DNA from: Clostridium thermobutyricum
GTDB taxonomy: Bacteria > Bacillota > Clostridia > Ch29
Direction of reading: 5' to 3'
NCBI GenBank assembly: GCA_016842005.1
Contig: JAENYD010000009.1
Coordinates: 20,315-84,314 of the forward strand
Length of the DNA stretch: 64,000 nt
A program made the translations under genes and the position numbers. This document shows, in pieces, positions 11,738 to 24,742 of this stretch (within the stretch, counting starts at the first letter, position 1; each line of letters begins with the position of its first letter). The notes under the pieces are model-generated. The model worked only from the letters and a program-made list of their open reading frames with translations, made no database searches and had not been told where the DNA came from.

Positions 11738-12231
11738 GATACCTTCCCTACTTCATCAATAAAATCCCTGACTATTGCCCTGTTTGTATTGCTGTCAAGG
11801 GTTTTCCCGATTACCTTCTGGGCCCCCAGTATTGCCAGGTCCACAACCTGTGCCTTTAATTCGGCCATAGCCTTTTCCTTTTCCAGATTAATATCCCTGC
11901 GGGCCCCTGCCAGTATCCTCTCTCTCTCTCTTTTGGCTTCCCGGATGATTTCCTGCCTCTGCTCCTCCGCCCTGGCAACGGCATCCCTCATAATCCTCTG
12001 CGCCTCTTCCCGGATATCACCCAGCCGGGCCTCATATTCCTCCTTAAGCCTCCGGGCCTGTTCCTCTTTTTCCCTGGCCGATGCAATACTATGCCGGATC
12101 CGCTCCCTCCGGGATGCCATAAACCCCGATACCGGCCTGAATAAAAAATGTCTTAAAAGCAGAAACAGCACCAGTGTATTTATAAGCTGGAGCACCATAT
12201 TGAAGTCAATGCCCACAAGATTTGCCGTCAT
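11734..12231 (-). CDS. atpF: Fo ATP synthase b subunit
   Basis: 165 aa with one N-terminal TM helix and a long charged helix. Confidence 0.85.
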   Translation of the reverse strand: MTANLVGIDFNMVLQLINTLVLFLLLRHFLFRPVSGFMASRRERIRHSIASAREKEEQARRLKEEYEARLGDIREEAQRIMRDAVARAEEQRQEIIREAKRERERILAGARRDINLEKEKAMAELKAQVVDLAILGAQKVIGKTLDSNTNRAIVRDFIDEVGKVS

Positions 12232-12255
12232 ATTGCAGTCCTCCTTTGCCGGCTG

Positions 12256-13537
<1,282 letters not shown>

Positions 13538-13627
13538 TCATCTTTCTGCACCACAGTTGACCGCTCCTGTTGCTCCAGCTTCTTCTGCCGGAGGAGATGA
13601 AAAACCTCCGCTGAAAGAAATTTTCCT

Positions 13628-14296
13628 TTATTCCATGGCCAGGGATATGAATACCATGGAAAGCATGACGAAAATAAATGTCTGCAGCACACCGGCGAAC
13701 AGGTCAAAATACAGGTGGGGAATCACCGGTACCAGAGCCGGTACTACACTATATAAAAGGTACATAATCACCACCCCGCCCAGGATGTTCCCGAAAAGAC
13801 GAAAGGACAGGGAAAGGGGAGTGGCCAGCTCACCTATGATGTTAAGGGGCAAGAGGAAGGGTATGGGCTCTGCGAACCCTTTTAAATACCCCCCTATCCC
13901 CTTTGCTTTCATCCCGTAATAGTGTATGCTTATAAAGGTTATTATCGAAAGGGCCATGGTGGTATTGAGGTCCGCCGTGGGAGGCCTCAGGGCAAATAAT
14001 CCCGACAGATTGGCCGCCAGGAGATAAAGGGCCAGGGTACCCATGTAAGGGGCAAACCCTGCCTTGTCCTCTCCCATTGTCTGGACAGTGAGATTTTCTA
14101 TGCCCTCCACTATTGTCTCCACAACATTCTGTAGCGGTCCGGGGACATCCCGGAACCGTCTGGTGGATACAAAGGCGAATACAATCAAAACCGCCATTAT
14201 TATCCATGTTGTGGTTACTGTCTCGGTAACCCCTGTACCCCCTATAACGGGTATCCAGTCGGGCAAATAGAAGTGTATTTTAGGTGCAAACTCCAT
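13628..14296 (-). CDS. atpB: Fo ATP synthase a subunit
   Basis: Conserved LSLSFRLFGNI arginine motif. The internal start MEFAPK with a GGAGG RBS is preferred over the track start. Confidence 0.85.
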   Translation of the reverse strand: MEFAPKIHFYLPDWIPVIGGTGVTETVTTTWIIMAVLIVFAFVSTRRFRDVPGPLQNVVETIVEGIENLTVQTMGEDKAGFAPYMGTLALYLLAANLSGLFALRPPTADLNTTMALSIITFISIHYYGMKAKGIGGYLKGFAEPIPFLLPLNIIGELATPLSLSFRLFGNILGGVVIMYLLYSVVPALVPVIPHLYFDLFAGVLQTFIFVMLSMVFISLAME

Positions 14297-14337
14297 ATCC
14301 GGTCCTCCTGCAAAAATGGATACTGGGTAATCGGATG

Positions 14338-14745
14338 TCAGCGGTAATCCCAAAAACCCTTTTTAATCAATCCTCTGCTATCAACAATATTATTTACCAG
14401 TATTATTATTTTAATTAATAAAATCCCTGTTATTGTCGCCACCGTATTAATATAGTCCGATTTCAGCGCAATCAGGATTACCGCACCGGTTAAAAAATAT
14501 CTTATGCAATACCCTGATACCGCATGTACGGCAGCCTTCCTTTCAGGCATGGTTACCGCCCTTTCAACCGACAGGGCCAGCAGGCGGAAATTGAGCATGG
14601 AAAACATACCCCCCAGGGTAAAACCGCAGAATATTCCGTAAAAATCACAAAAAACTGCCATTACGGGTATGGCAGCAATATATATGATGACCGCTTTCCG
14701 CATTATGGACTTTTGCAGTTCCCACGTACCCTTCACTGATATCAC
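14338..14745 (-). CDS. atpI: ATP synthase protein I
   Basis: 135-aa hydrophobic ORF upstream of atpB. Confidence 0.6.
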   Translation of the reverse strand: MISVKGTWELQKSIMRKAVIIYIAAIPVMAVFCDFYGIFCGFTLGGMFSMLNFRLLALSVERAVTMPERKAAVHAVSGYCIRYFLTGAVILIALKSDYINTVATITGILLIKIIILVNNIVDSRGLIKKGFWDYR

Positions 14746-14960
14746 TTCTTCCTGGTGCTTTTATATGCCAGGTGATAGAGATTCCTGAACGAGGCCAGTA
14801 CCCCTATGATGCTGAACACTATGAGCAGTACATACCCTGTACCCAGTCTTTCATCCAGGTATTTTCCCGCTACCACGCCGATGATAATTGGCAGGGCCAT
14901 GGAAAGGCCCAGCTGTGTGATTAGGGCCAGGGTTTTGAATATACCCATATCCTCTTTCAT
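14742..14960 (-). CDS. atpZ: AtpZ/AtpR-like small membrane protein of the atp operon
   Basis: 72 aa with two TM helices. First gene of the operon. Confidence 0.5.
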   Translation of the reverse strand: MKEDMGIFKTLALITQLGLSMALPIIIGVVAGKYLDERLGTGYVLLIVFSIIGVLASFRNLYHLAYKSTRKK

Positions 14961-15072
14961 TTATTGTACCCCCCAACAGAATATATATTTATTCTAACCC
15001 GATTACCTCAAATATTTGAAATATAATAAAAAAGCCGGATTTACCCGACTTAAGATTCATATCATAATCAAT

Positions 15073-15258
15073 TTAACTCATGCTATAATAATATTCTTCA
15101 TCTAATACAATGGTTTCTGCTTCTTCATCTATCCTGGTATATTCTAAAGAACCTTCTTCAACTGGGGCGTATTCACCGTTCTTTGCACGTCTTAAAAACG
15201 TTAAAAGTACTTCTTGTTCTTTTATGTCCTTACCTTTTTCTTTCCTGCCTTCTGCCAT
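15073..15258 (-). CDS. Small acidic hypothetical protein (61 aa)
   Basis: ATG with an AAAGGAGG RBS located 16 nt after the protease stop. AT-rich island. Confidence 0.45.
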   Translation of the reverse strand: MAEGRKEKGKDIKEQEVLLTFLRRAKNGEYAPVEEGSLEYTRIDEEAETIVLDEEYYYSMS

Positions 15259-15271
15259 ACAAAAACCTCCT

Positions 15272-16435
15272 TTAATCAATAATCTTTTTCCCGGTTTTAC
15301 TTTCTATATCATTTCTAATACCGCTAAGGTCTATTTCAAAACCACATCCGCAAATTAATTTATTATTTTTCGGAAAAAGTCTAACCCCTTTATCTTTCAT
15401 ATCCTTATCTATAATAGGGTCATCAATAAACTTTGCATAAAATTTATGCGTTTCCCCGCACTTTTGGCATTTAACTTCAATTTCCACAGCACCCGATTCT
15501 GTGCTGGTAGGGGGCTTTTGAGCTTTGCGCAAAGCATTAGTGGGAACAGCATCTTTAGTAATTTTAACATCATAAGTAGCAAATAATTTATAGGTACTGG
15601 TAGACATAAAAAGCAATCTCAATACTGTTTGTATCTTATATACAATATCGGCTAATTTGATTTGGTCATCAACTCTTGTAATTTTTAAGCCTATTTCTTC
15701 TAGATCATCAATTTTAATAGAACGCCCATGACTTCTCCATTTACCATGATTAGTCAGTTCATGGGCTATTTCTGCAGCTCTTTCCAATTTTTTCTTTTCT
15801 GAGACTTTTATTCCTCTGGCTTCAGTAATATTCCAATCTTTAAATTTATATCTGCTTAACCAATCAATAACTAAATCTTTAGCGAACTCCAGAGAATTAT
15901 TAACACCTTTTAGTTCCCCGGGACTTATTTGGGCAACCATTGTAGCGTCAAATGGATTTAATTTGCCTTGTTTTTCAGCCTGATCTCTCTTTTCCTTCAC
16001 CCATTCCATATAATCATAGGCCGATATGGTTGACCTTCCAACTCGTACCTGCGCATCTATAGGACCTAAACTCCCGCTTTCTGTCATCAAAATTTCGTTC
16101 CCTGATAGTACAATTATTGTTCCAGCACTTTTAGCTTCTCCTGAAACAACAAATCCTATGTAATCAAATTTACTTCTTAAAAATCTTACAATCTCTTCGG
16201 CAGCGGCTCCACTTCCTCCTGGTGTCTCAATATAAAAATCAAGTTTTTTAGTTTTGATATCTTTTAGCATATCGAATATAACATAATAATCATCCATACT
16301 TAATGGCAAATCAGGAATGGGCTTGCCCATTGCTCCAGCATAAATTATTAAATACGTATCTCTAATCTCATTATATTCTTCAATCAATCTGCGCAACTCA
16401 TTATTTAAGTCCAGAACACTCATTTTTTTACTCAT
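15272..16435 (-). CDS. ClpP/SppA-class (S49/SDH-like) serine peptidase with a C-terminal CxxC...CxC zinc ribbon
   Basis: ETPGGSGAAAEEI and GEAKSAGT motifs resemble SppA/ClpP-fold peptidases. The C-terminus reads CQKCGETH...CGCGFEID. Start taken at MSKKMSV. AT-rich. Confidence 0.55.
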   Translation of the reverse strand: MSKKMSVLDLNNELRRLIEEYNEIRDTYLIIYAGAMGKPIPDLPLSMDDYYVIFDMLKDIKTKKLDFYIETPGGSGAAAEEIVRFLRSKFDYIGFVVSGEAKSAGTIIVLSGNEILMTESGSLGPIDAQVRVGRSTISAYDYMEWVKEKRDQAEKQGKLNPFDATMVAQISPGELKGVNNSLEFAKDLVIDWLSRYKFKDWNITEARGIKVSEKKKLERAAEIAHELTNHGKWRSHGRSIKIDDLEEIGLKITRVDDQIKLADIVYKIQTVLRLLFMSTSTYKLFATYDVKITKDAVPTNALRKAQKPPTSTESGAVEIEVKCQKCGETHKFYAKFIDDPIIDKDMKDKGVRLFPKNNKLICGCGFEIDLSGIRNDIESKTGKKIID

Positions 16436-16560
16436 ATACTCTCCCAGTAAACCCACATTTATACACCTCTTTACCATTTTATTCTAAATGGTCGGGTTCT
16501 AACTGCTCCAGTTATTATTAATATTCTCGCCTTTTCTAAGTTTTCCTTCAATTTGTTACA

Positions 16561-16592
16561 AAAAAAAGGCGTGCAGCTACACGCCTTTTTCC
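16561..16592. terminator. Terminator at the 3' end of the ntp operon
   Basis: aaaaaaaGGCGTGcagctaCACGCCttttt, overlapping the ntpD stop. Confidence 0.65.
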
Positions 16593-17224
16593 ATAACCAT
16601 ATCCTTGACCTTCATCAGCCTTGTAATGTTACCCCGCTCGTTCTCGTCCAGCTTCATGGTAATATACTTGATGGCCTCGGACATATTGGGTATCATTACA
16701 TATTCCAGGGCGTTAACCCTGCGCCTTGTCTTTTCTATTTCAATGGCCATCAACTGACAGCCTTTCTCTATCTCGGCCAGCTTTAAAAGCTTGGGCAGTA
16801 TCCCCGCAAGAATGGATATGGCGTTATCCAGTTCACCGGAGGTACCGGCGAAACCGTAAGGATAGGACTTTTCGCCGCCGGCTTCCCGTTCATCATCCTT
16901 CATTATATTGATGGCGGGAATACGGACGCTCATGACATTTTTGACGGCTACGTCTATATCCACTTTGTCCACGGGATACATGAGGCTTTCCTCCAGCACC
17001 TCGCCGGACATAACGCCCCTGGCCATCACAAAATTCCCGAAAGCCTCTGACAGGTCCCTTTCAATCTCTTCCCTGAGCTCCTTGTTCTGTCTTACCAGTT
17101 CAATGAACTTTTTGACAAGTTCATCCTGCTTGTCTTTGAGGAGCTTATGCCCTCTGCTGGCAACCTTAACCCTTTTCTTAAGCTTTGTCAGCTCCATACG
17201 GGTCGGGTTAACTCGTATTTTCAC
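16577..17224 (-). CDS. ntpD: V/A-type ATPase subunit D
   Basis: 215 aa starting MKIRVNPTRMEL, D-like. Last gene of the ntp operon. Confidence 0.85.
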   Translation of the reverse strand: MKIRVNPTRMELTKLKKRVKVASRGHKLLKDKQDELVKKFIELVRQNKELREEIERDLSEAFGNFVMARGVMSGEVLEESLMYPVDKVDIDVAVKNVMSVRIPAINIMKDDEREAGGEKSYPYGFAGTSGELDNAISILAGILPKLLKLAEIEKGCQLMAIEIEKTRRRVNALEYVMIPNMSEAIKYITMKLDENERGNITRLMKVKDMVMEKGV

Positions 17225-17227
17225 GGC

Positions 17228-18610
17228 TTACAACTCCTTTTTCTCAGGCAGATACTTTTCGATATATTCATCCCTTATCCTCTTCAGCTCTGCCTTGGGA
17301 AGAATAGCAAGAAGCTCCCATCCTATCTGCAGCGTTTCTTCAATAGAACGGTTTTCATATTCGCCCTGGGATACATACCTCTTTTCAAATTCATCGGCAA
17401 ATTTGGCAAACAGCTTGTCAGTATCGCTCAAAGCCGCTTCGCCGAGGATTACCGCCAGTTCCTTCGCCTCTTTACCTCTGGCATAGGCGGCAAACAGCTG
17501 GTTCATGGTATCCGCATGGTCTTCCCTTGTTTTCCCTTTGCCTATACCCTTGTCCTTAAGCCTTGACAGGGACGGCAGAACATCTATAGGAGGCATGACG
17601 CCCTTACGGTACAGCTCCCTGCTGAGGATTACCTGACCCTCGGTAATATACCCGGTAAGGTCGGGTATGGGATGGGTCTTGTCGTCTTCGGGCATGGTCA
17701 GTATGGGTATCTGGGTAACAGACCCTTCTTTGTCCAGCAGCCGTCCCGCCCTTTCATAAATGGTGGACAGGTCGGTGTACATGTATCCGGGATAACCCCT
17801 CCTGCCGGGCACCTCCTTACGGGCTGCCGACACCTCCCTCAGGGCTTCACAGTAATTGGTTATATCAGTCAGTATTACCAGGACGTGCATACCTTTTTCA
17901 TAGGCCAGGTACTCGGCTGCCGTCAGGGCCATCCTGGGGGTGGCAATACGCTCTATGGCAGGGTCATTGGCCAGGTTTATGAAGAGTACCGACCGGTCTA
18001 TGGCCCCGGTTTTCCTGAAGTCGGTAATGAAGTAGTTGGCCTCCTCAAAGGTTATACCTATAGCCGCAAACACAACGGCAAACTTGCTTTCGCCGCCCAG
18101 CACCTTTGCCTGACGGGCAATCTGAGCCGCCAGCTGGGAGTGGGGCAGTCCGGACCCTGAGAATATGGGGAGCTTTTGTCCCCTGACCAGGGTGTTAAGA
18201 CCGTCTATGGCAGAAACCCCTGTCTGAATAAACTCTTCAGGATAATCCCTTGCAGTGGGGTTTATAGGCGCACCGTTTATATCCAGCCTTTTTTCAGGTA
18301 TCACTTTGGGACCGTTGTCTCTGGGCCGGCCGAATCCGTCAAAAACCCGGCCCAGGATGTCTGCAGATACGGGCAATTCCAGGCCCTTACCCAGGAACCT
18401 TACCTTAGTGTCGTTAACGTTAATGCCTGTGGAACCTTCAAAAAGCTGTATCAAAGCCTTATCCCTGTCTATTTCCAGGACCTTGCCCCTGCGCACTTCA
18501 CCGCTGCCAAGTTCTATCTCGACCAGTTCGTCATAACTGGCACCTTCCACCCCTTCTACCATCATAAGGGGACCGGCTACCTCTTTAATGGTTCTGTATT
18601 CTTTAAGCAC
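17228..18610 (-). CDS. ntpB: V/A-type ATPase subunit B
   Basis: 460 aa with a V-type B sequence. Confidence 0.93.
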   Translation of the reverse strand: MLKEYRTIKEVAGPLMMVEGVEGASYDELVEIELGSGEVRRGKVLEIDRDKALIQLFEGSTGINVNDTKVRFLGKGLELPVSADILGRVFDGFGRPRDNGPKVIPEKRLDINGAPINPTARDYPEEFIQTGVSAIDGLNTLVRGQKLPIFSGSGLPHSQLAAQIARQAKVLGGESKFAVVFAAIGITFEEANYFITDFRKTGAIDRSVLFINLANDPAIERIATPRMALTAAEYLAYEKGMHVLVILTDITNYCEALREVSAARKEVPGRRGYPGYMYTDLSTIYERAGRLLDKEGSVTQIPILTMPEDDKTHPIPDLTGYITEGQVILSRELYRKGVMPPIDVLPSLSRLKDKGIGKGKTREDHADTMNQLFAAYARGKEAKELAVILGEAALSDTDKLFAKFADEFEKRYVSQGEYENRSIEETLQIGWELLAILPKAELKRIRDEYIEKYLPEKKEL

Positions 18611-20375
18611 TCAGGACACCTCCCTCGGAAACCAGGCTCTCCAGTTCCTTCCTGACTTCTTCTTTCACTGCTTCAATCTTGTCCATCTCGGTTTCTGACA
18701 GGTACTTCATCCTGGCTATTTTCTCCCTTACGGGATGGACTTCTATTTCCTTGAAGGAAGCCCCCGCTTCCATGGCCTTTTCGGCTTCGTCCCGGAATAC
18801 GAGAATGGTCTTGAGCATCTCATACTGCTTCTTGAGAGAAGCATAGGTATCCACTTCGTGAAATGCATTCTGGTGCAGGAAGTCCTCCCTTATGGACTTG
18901 GCAACCTCCAGTATCAGCCTGTCTTTAATGGACAGGGCATCAATACCTACCAGCCGCACAATCTCCTGGAGTTCCGCTTCCACCTGGAGAAGCCTCATGG
19001 CTTCAGCCCGCAGTGCACCCCAATCCTTATCCACATTTTCCTCCAGCCATCCTTCCACAGTATCCAGGTACAGGGAATAGCTGGTCAGCCAGTGAATAGC
19101 GGGGAAGTGACGGCTGTAAGCCAGGGAAGCATCCAGGGCCCAGAACACTTTTACGACCCGCAGGGTGCCCTGTGTAACAGGCTCGGACAGGTCTCCGCCC
19201 GGAGGCGATACGGCGCCTACCGCTGTGACAGCGCCCTCTCTGCCCTCACTGCCTGCACAGACAACCCGTCCCGCCCGTTCATAGAACTCCGCCAGCCGGG
19301 ATGCCAGATATGCGGGATAACCCTCTTCACCGGGCATCTCTTCAAGACGTCCGGACATTTCCCTGAGGGCCTCCGCCCAGCGGGATGTGGAGTCGGCCAT
19401 CAGGGCTACGCTGTACCCCATATCCCTGAAATATTCCGCTATGGTTATACCGGTGTATATGGACGCCTCCCGGGCGGCAACCGGCATGTTGGAGGTATTG
19501 GCAATAAGCACGGTTCGCTTCATAAGCGGTTCCCCGGATTTCGGGTCCACCAGTTCCGGGAATTCCATAAGCACGTCGGTCATCTCATTGCCCCGCTCGC
19601 CGCAGCCTATATATACAACTATATCCGCATCAGCCCACTTTGCCAGCTGGTGCTGGATGACAGTCTTTCCGCTTCCGAAGGGCCCGGGGATACAGGCAAC
19701 GCCTCCTTTTGCCACAGGGAAGAACATATCCACAACCCTTTGACCGGTGGTCATGGGCTGGAGGGGGGGCAGCTTTTCCTTGTAGGGCCTGATACGTCTG
19801 ACAGGCCACCTCTGCAGCATCTGGACTTCCTTTACACCGTCCCCGGTCTCAATCTCTGCGATGGTATCCTCTATAGTGGCGGCGCCCGAATGTATTTTAA
19901 CCACTTTTCCTTCTATCCCGTGGGGAACCATTATCTTGTGGTCCACCAGAACCGTTTCTTTTACCACGCCCAGTATATCCCCGCCTGTAACGCTGTCTCC
20001 GGCCTTGACCACAGGCTGGAAATCCCATTTCTTTTTCCGGTCCAGGGCGGGCACTTCAATACCCCTGGTTATAAAGTCTCCGGCCTCTTTCTTGATAAGG
20101 TCCAGGGGCCTCTGAATACCGTCAAATATTGCCTCAATAATGCCGGGAGCCAGTTCCACGCTCAGCGGGACCCCGGTACCTTCCACCGGGTCCCCGGGGG
20201 TGAGGCCGGCAGTTTCTTCATATACCTGTATTGAGGCGATACCGCTCTTTATTTCGATAATCTCCCCGATCAAACGCTGTTTTCCCACCCTGACAACGTC
20301 AAACATCTTGGCATCATCAAGGCCTTCAGCCATAACCAGGGGACCAGAAATCTTAGTTATCCTACCTTGTCTCAA
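18603..20375 (-). CDS. ntpA: V/A-type ATPase catalytic subunit A
   Basis: 590 aa with P-loop GPFGSGKT. Confidence 0.95.
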   Translation of the reverse strand: MRQGRITKISGPLVMAEGLDDAKMFDVVRVGKQRLIGEIIEIKSGIASIQVYEETAGLTPGDPVEGTGVPLSVELAPGIIEAIFDGIQRPLDLIKKEAGDFITRGIEVPALDRKKKWDFQPVVKAGDSVTGGDILGVVKETVLVDHKIMVPHGIEGKVVKIHSGAATIEDTIAEIETGDGVKEVQMLQRWPVRRIRPYKEKLPPLQPMTTGQRVVDMFFPVAKGGVACIPGPFGSGKTVIQHQLAKWADADIVVYIGCGERGNEMTDVLMEFPELVDPKSGEPLMKRTVLIANTSNMPVAAREASIYTGITIAEYFRDMGYSVALMADSTSRWAEALREMSGRLEEMPGEEGYPAYLASRLAEFYERAGRVVCAGSEGREGAVTAVGAVSPPGGDLSEPVTQGTLRVVKVFWALDASLAYSRHFPAIHWLTSYSLYLDTVEGWLEENVDKDWGALRAEAMRLLQVEAELQEIVRLVGIDALSIKDRLILEVAKSIREDFLHQNAFHEVDTYASLKKQYEMLKTILVFRDEAEKAMEAGASFKEIEVHPVREKIARMKYLSETEMDKIEAVKEEVRKELESLVSEGGVLSA

Positions 20376-20713
20376 TTGTCTCCTCCCTCGCTTTCGAAGA
20401 GTATGTCTACTCCTATTGCTCTTTCTACAGAGCTTTTTATTTTTTCCATTCCTATACCCAGTGAGCCCTGATTGTTGGGTATAAGTATTATGGCAGGCAA
20501 AACCTCGTTCTCATATTCTTCTATCATATCTTCTATCTGGCCCGCGACCTGTTCGGTAATAAATATGACGGCATATTTATCCTTTGCCAGGGTCCTCAGG
20601 GTCTTTTTGGCTTCATCCCTGTCGATAACCGGAAAAGTACCCACGCCGAGAGCCTTAAAGGCCAGTACCGTATCCTTGTCTCCTATTACTCCAATCCTAT
20701 ACATAAACATCAC
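20372..20713 (-). CDS. ntpG: V/A-type ATPase subunit F
   Basis: About 110 aa, F-like. Confidence 0.75.
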   Translation of the reverse strand: MMFMYRIGVIGDKDTVLAFKALGVGTFPVIDRDEAKKTLRTLAKDKYAVIFITEQVAGQIEDMIEEYENEVLPAIILIPNNQGSLGIGMEKIKSSVERAIGVDILFESEGGDN

Positions 20714-21698
20714 GCAACCTTTCCCGCAGTTTGTCCGCCGGTATCCCGTTTATCTTCCCGACCATGACCATGCGTATGACCTTGACTTCATTCTCTACCG
20801 CCCTCAGGAAGCCTATAATCGGGAGAATACCGAAGGCTGCGTATTTCCCTGCCCTGGCCAGACCGAGCAGGAAGTTGTCACTTACCTTTTCCATCACGGT
20901 GGAATCCCCTGTATCCAGCCATGACTGGACTCCTTCCACCGCAATCCTGTCATATTTAGTTGCATGCAACCTGTCGGCAAAACTGCTGACAGGTTCGTTC
21001 ACAGCATCCAGAAAGAATGACCTGTCCAAGAATCCCCCTTCAAGGATTACGGTTTCCAGGAACTTTGCGTCCTTGCCCATCTTCTTAACCCGCAGGAAGC
21101 TGTTCATATTGATTACGTCTATCTCCGACTTCAGTATTCCCGTCAGACCGGCGTCATTTATTTCTGCTGCCAGCTCCGTAAGGGCTGCAAACAAAGCCCT
21201 GTCCAGGATTAAATCTATTCTCTGGGGGTCCCTGCTTAACTGGAAATCAGCCATTGCTTCTTCACAGGCATCTTTCAGGAAAGGGGGCAGACTGCCGAAT
21301 TCTTCATCTGCTACAGCCTTCCTGATGATCTCAATGTCCACCGACCCCAGACGAGAAAGGATATACCCGTAATCCTCCTCCAGGTATTTCTGCTTCAGGA
21401 GGACTTTCAGATTGTGAAAATCGTATCTCATCTTGGAAAAAAGCGAAAACCTGCTGTCCCTTGTGGAATCGTCTATGACCTTGTAGGTGGATTTCAAGCT
21501 CGCCTCCAGTGCCTTTTCGAAGTCATGAACGCTGTCCACTTCCGCAAAATAGCTGCCATAGTCCGTTTCGCCCAGGATTTTCAATGCGCTTTCCGGAGTT
21601 GGGGCCTCTAACATTCTTTCAACCGTGTTTCTGGTAAGGAGATTATTTTCCAGGGCCTTTATCCTGGATACTGCGTACAAATACTTTGTATCCTTCAT
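20697..21698 (-). CDS. ntpC: V/A-type ATPase subunit C (d homologue)
   Basis: About 333 aa. Start chosen at MKDTKY because of an AGAGGGGGGA RBS. Confidence 0.8.
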   Translation of the reverse strand: MKDTKYLYAVSRIKALENNLLTRNTVERMLEAPTPESALKILGETDYGSYFAEVDSVHDFEKALEASLKSTYKVIDDSTRDSRFSLFSKMRYDFHNLKVLLKQKYLEEDYGYILSRLGSVDIEIIRKAVADEEFGSLPPFLKDACEEAMADFQLSRDPQRIDLILDRALFAALTELAAEINDAGLTGILKSEIDVINMNSFLRVKKMGKDAKFLETVILEGGFLDRSFFLDAVNEPVSSFADRLHATKYDRIAVEGVQSWLDTGDSTVMEKVSDNFLLGLARAGKYAAFGILPIIGFLRAVENEVKVIRMVMVGKINGIPADKLRERLRDVYV

Positions 21699-21711
21699 TG
21701 AGGTCCCCCCT

Positions 21712-22299
21712 CTATTCCTGGAAAAGGATTTCCGCAATTTGTGTTTCTATCTGATCCCTCTCCATCCTTATTAATGTATCAAAAGAATTATTAATCTCAA
21801 TACCCGTGGACTTCAGTATGAAACCGCCCTTGATATTCCTTTCCTCTCCGGACAGTTTCAGGTCGAGCCCCAGTTTGCTGTTGATATCCTTTAAAAGCCC
21901 TTTTTCGAACAACTGCCTGTCCCCGGCAGAGACTATAATCTCTTCGTCCCCGTTTGCGCCGGCATCTTTGACCATCTTCATCACAAGGGCTTTGTACTCT
22001 TTACCCTTAAGGTTTTGCAGTCTCCCAAGGGCTTCATCGAATGCCCGGTCAATGAGCTTCTGCTTGATGGCCAGTTCTTCCTTCCTTATATCCAGCTCTG
22101 CCATTGCCAGCATTCTTCTTCTGGCTTCTTCCGCTTCCTCCCGGCCTTTCTCCCGGAGTTTCGCCCTGAGGCTTTCCGCCTCTTTGGAAGCCTGTTCCAT
22201 GACTTCCGCAACCTTGCCTTCCGCTTCCTTTATTATATCTTCGGCCTGAGCCCTGGCATCTTCCAGAATCCTGTCCTTTATTCTCTGCATTCCCTGCAT
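21712..22299 (-). CDS. ntpE: V/A-type ATPase subunit E
   Basis: 195-aa charged helical ORF. Confidence 0.8.
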   Translation of the reverse strand: MQGMQRIKDRILEDARAQAEDIIKEAEGKVAEVMEQASKEAESLRAKLREKGREEAEEARRRMLAMAELDIRKEELAIKQKLIDRAFDEALGRLQNLKGKEYKALVMKMVKDAGANGDEEIIVSAGDRQLFEKGLLKDINSKLGLDLKLSGEERNIKGGFILKSTGIEINNSFDTLIRMERDQIETQIAEILFQE

Positions 22300-22312
22300 T
22301 TAGGCCACTCCC

Positions 22313-22804
<492 letters not shown>

Positions 22805-24742
22805 CTATAATTCCTCCTCGTACTGTAATTTAGTATATTTTGTCTTTAATCTAAAAGGACTGAACGTCCTGCCGCCGCCGTCGTAAAACTTGCTGAAAAA
22901 CTCCACATACTGCAGACGGCTGGAATGAACGTAAGCGCCAAGCGCGTTTATGGCTATGTTGAATATATGTCCGACTATCAGTACCACCACCATCAGCAGG
23001 TAACCGATAATATTGAATCCCAGCATCTTGGCCATGGTATTCACAACTATGCCGATAACTCCGGTAGCAAGCCCCAGAGCCAGTATCCTTGAATAGGAGA
23101 GCACATCGCTCAGATACCCTGTAACCCCGTACAGGCTTAAAATACCGGAGGACACCTTCCCTAAAATGTTTTTCTTCGTACGGCCCTGTGTCAGGACAAG
23201 TCCCGCTGCTCCTGCCAGAGACAGTATCTTGGCGGGTCCGGCAGCTGCAGGGAAGGCGAACATTATAAGCCCTGTAAGCAGCAGATACCAGAAGCCCTGG
23301 TCAAAAACCGCATCCATGATTTTACCTGCTTTGATATTCCTGTATGCCATGGCCCCAAGACCTACGTAAATCTGTATTATACCCAGCACGAAACTGAACA
23401 TCAGCAGGATCATGGGGTCCTTCAGGGGATTAATCCATAGGGCGGGGATTTTTATAAGGTCCCCGAACCAGCCTCCGAACATGGCACCCCAGAACAGTGT
23501 TGATATACCGCCTAAAGCCACCAGACCGAAAAGTTTTTTCATGGTCCCCTCGGGCTTCATGGTTTTCAATGCCCAGAAGCCAATCAGTGCCAGGACTATA
23601 CCGTATCCGGCGTCACTAATCATCATACCGAAAAATATGAAGAAAAAGGGCGCCACAAGTATATTGGGATCAATGTCCTTCTTTCCGGGAGGACTGTACA
23701 GGTCGGTTATCATCTCGTAGGGCCGGACAATTTTCGGGTTGTCCACAACTACAGGCACATCGTCGTCTTCCCCGGGGTCGCTGAAGGCTATACAAGCCTC
23801 GGGTATGTCCCGCAGTATGGCCATTTTGACCTTTTCCATACCGGTCTCGGGTATCCACCCTTCCATATAGAAGGTCCTGGCTGTTTCACCGGTAGCTGCA
23901 ACCACCGACTTTCTCTCTGCAAGGGCATTGTAATAGTCGTATAAAAACTCCATTTTCTGCCGGATGCCTGATAGTGAAACCGCCTTATCGGCTATCTCCT
24001 GCCTTATACGGTCAAACCCCGCTATCTGTTCTTTAGCCCGGGCTATCACCTCGGCGGCAGTCCCCTCTTCCCGGGGCAGGTCCTCCTTGCTCCATGAACT
24101 CTCCTTTAATATGTCTGAAATCTTTTCTTCCAGGGATTTATGATACACCAGCAGGACATGAGCGGATTCACTGTCGGTGCTGACAATCTCCAGATGGCTT
24201 TCAGGAGCGGTTTCCTCCAGTCTGTCCTTAACGCCTTCAACCCCGTCCGCCGACAGGGTTCCCGTATAAATCCTTACCGTATCTGTCGCCTTTATTTCCT
24301 CAATAGGAATGTCCAGACCTTCCCAGGGTTTCAAAACCTCTATAATGTTATTTAACTTCATTTCCTCGCTTTTTATGCTGTTAAGCCTGGCTTCCAGTTC
24401 CCTGCATTCCTTTATGACATCCCGGACTTCCCGGGACTGCGAAAGGCGTTCTATATTCTCCTCCCGGTACAGAGGTTTCTCTCCGAACAGGGACCTTTTG
24501 GGCTTTGAATACCGGCCCATGAATTCAAGGGCAAACTGCACATCCGCCAGCTTATTCTGCAGGTCGGTTACTTCTTTGTTATGGTCTCCGGGAGCAAAAA
24601 CCTTCTCCCATTCTTCCTTTGAAACCCTGTCCTTTATATTGATGATTTCCACCTTTCCCAGCTTTTGCAACAGCTTAACGATGTCATTCCTGTCTTTCTG
24701 GAGAGCAATAACCGACATTTTCTTTACATTAACTATTGCCAT
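22805..24742 (-). CDS. ntpI: V/A-type ATPase subunit I (a homologue)
   Basis: 645 aa with a soluble N-terminal domain and a polytopic C-terminal domain. Confidence 0.9.
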   Translation of the reverse strand: MAIVNVKKMSVIALQKDRNDIVKLLQKLGKVEIINIKDRVSKEEWEKVFAPGDHNKEVTDLQNKLADVQFALEFMGRYSKPKRSLFGEKPLYREENIERLSQSREVRDVIKECRELEARLNSIKSEEMKLNNIIEVLKPWEGLDIPIEEIKATDTVRIYTGTLSADGVEGVKDRLEETAPESHLEIVSTDSESAHVLLVYHKSLEEKISDILKESSWSKEDLPREEGTAAEVIARAKEQIAGFDRIRQEIADKAVSLSGIRQKMEFLYDYYNALAERKSVVAATGETARTFYMEGWIPETGMEKVKMAILRDIPEACIAFSDPGEDDDVPVVVDNPKIVRPYEMITDLYSPPGKKDIDPNILVAPFFFIFFGMMISDAGYGIVLALIGFWALKTMKPEGTMKKLFGLVALGGISTLFWGAMFGGWFGDLIKIPALWINPLKDPMILLMFSFVLGIIQIYVGLGAMAYRNIKAGKIMDAVFDQGFWYLLLTGLIMFAFPAAAGPAKILSLAGAAGLVLTQGRTKKNILGKVSSGILSLYGVTGYLSDVLSYSRILALGLATGVIGIVVNTMAKMLGFNIIGYLLMVVVLIVGHIFNIAINALGAYVHSSRLQYVEFFSKFYDGGGRTFSPFRLKTKYTKLQYEEEL

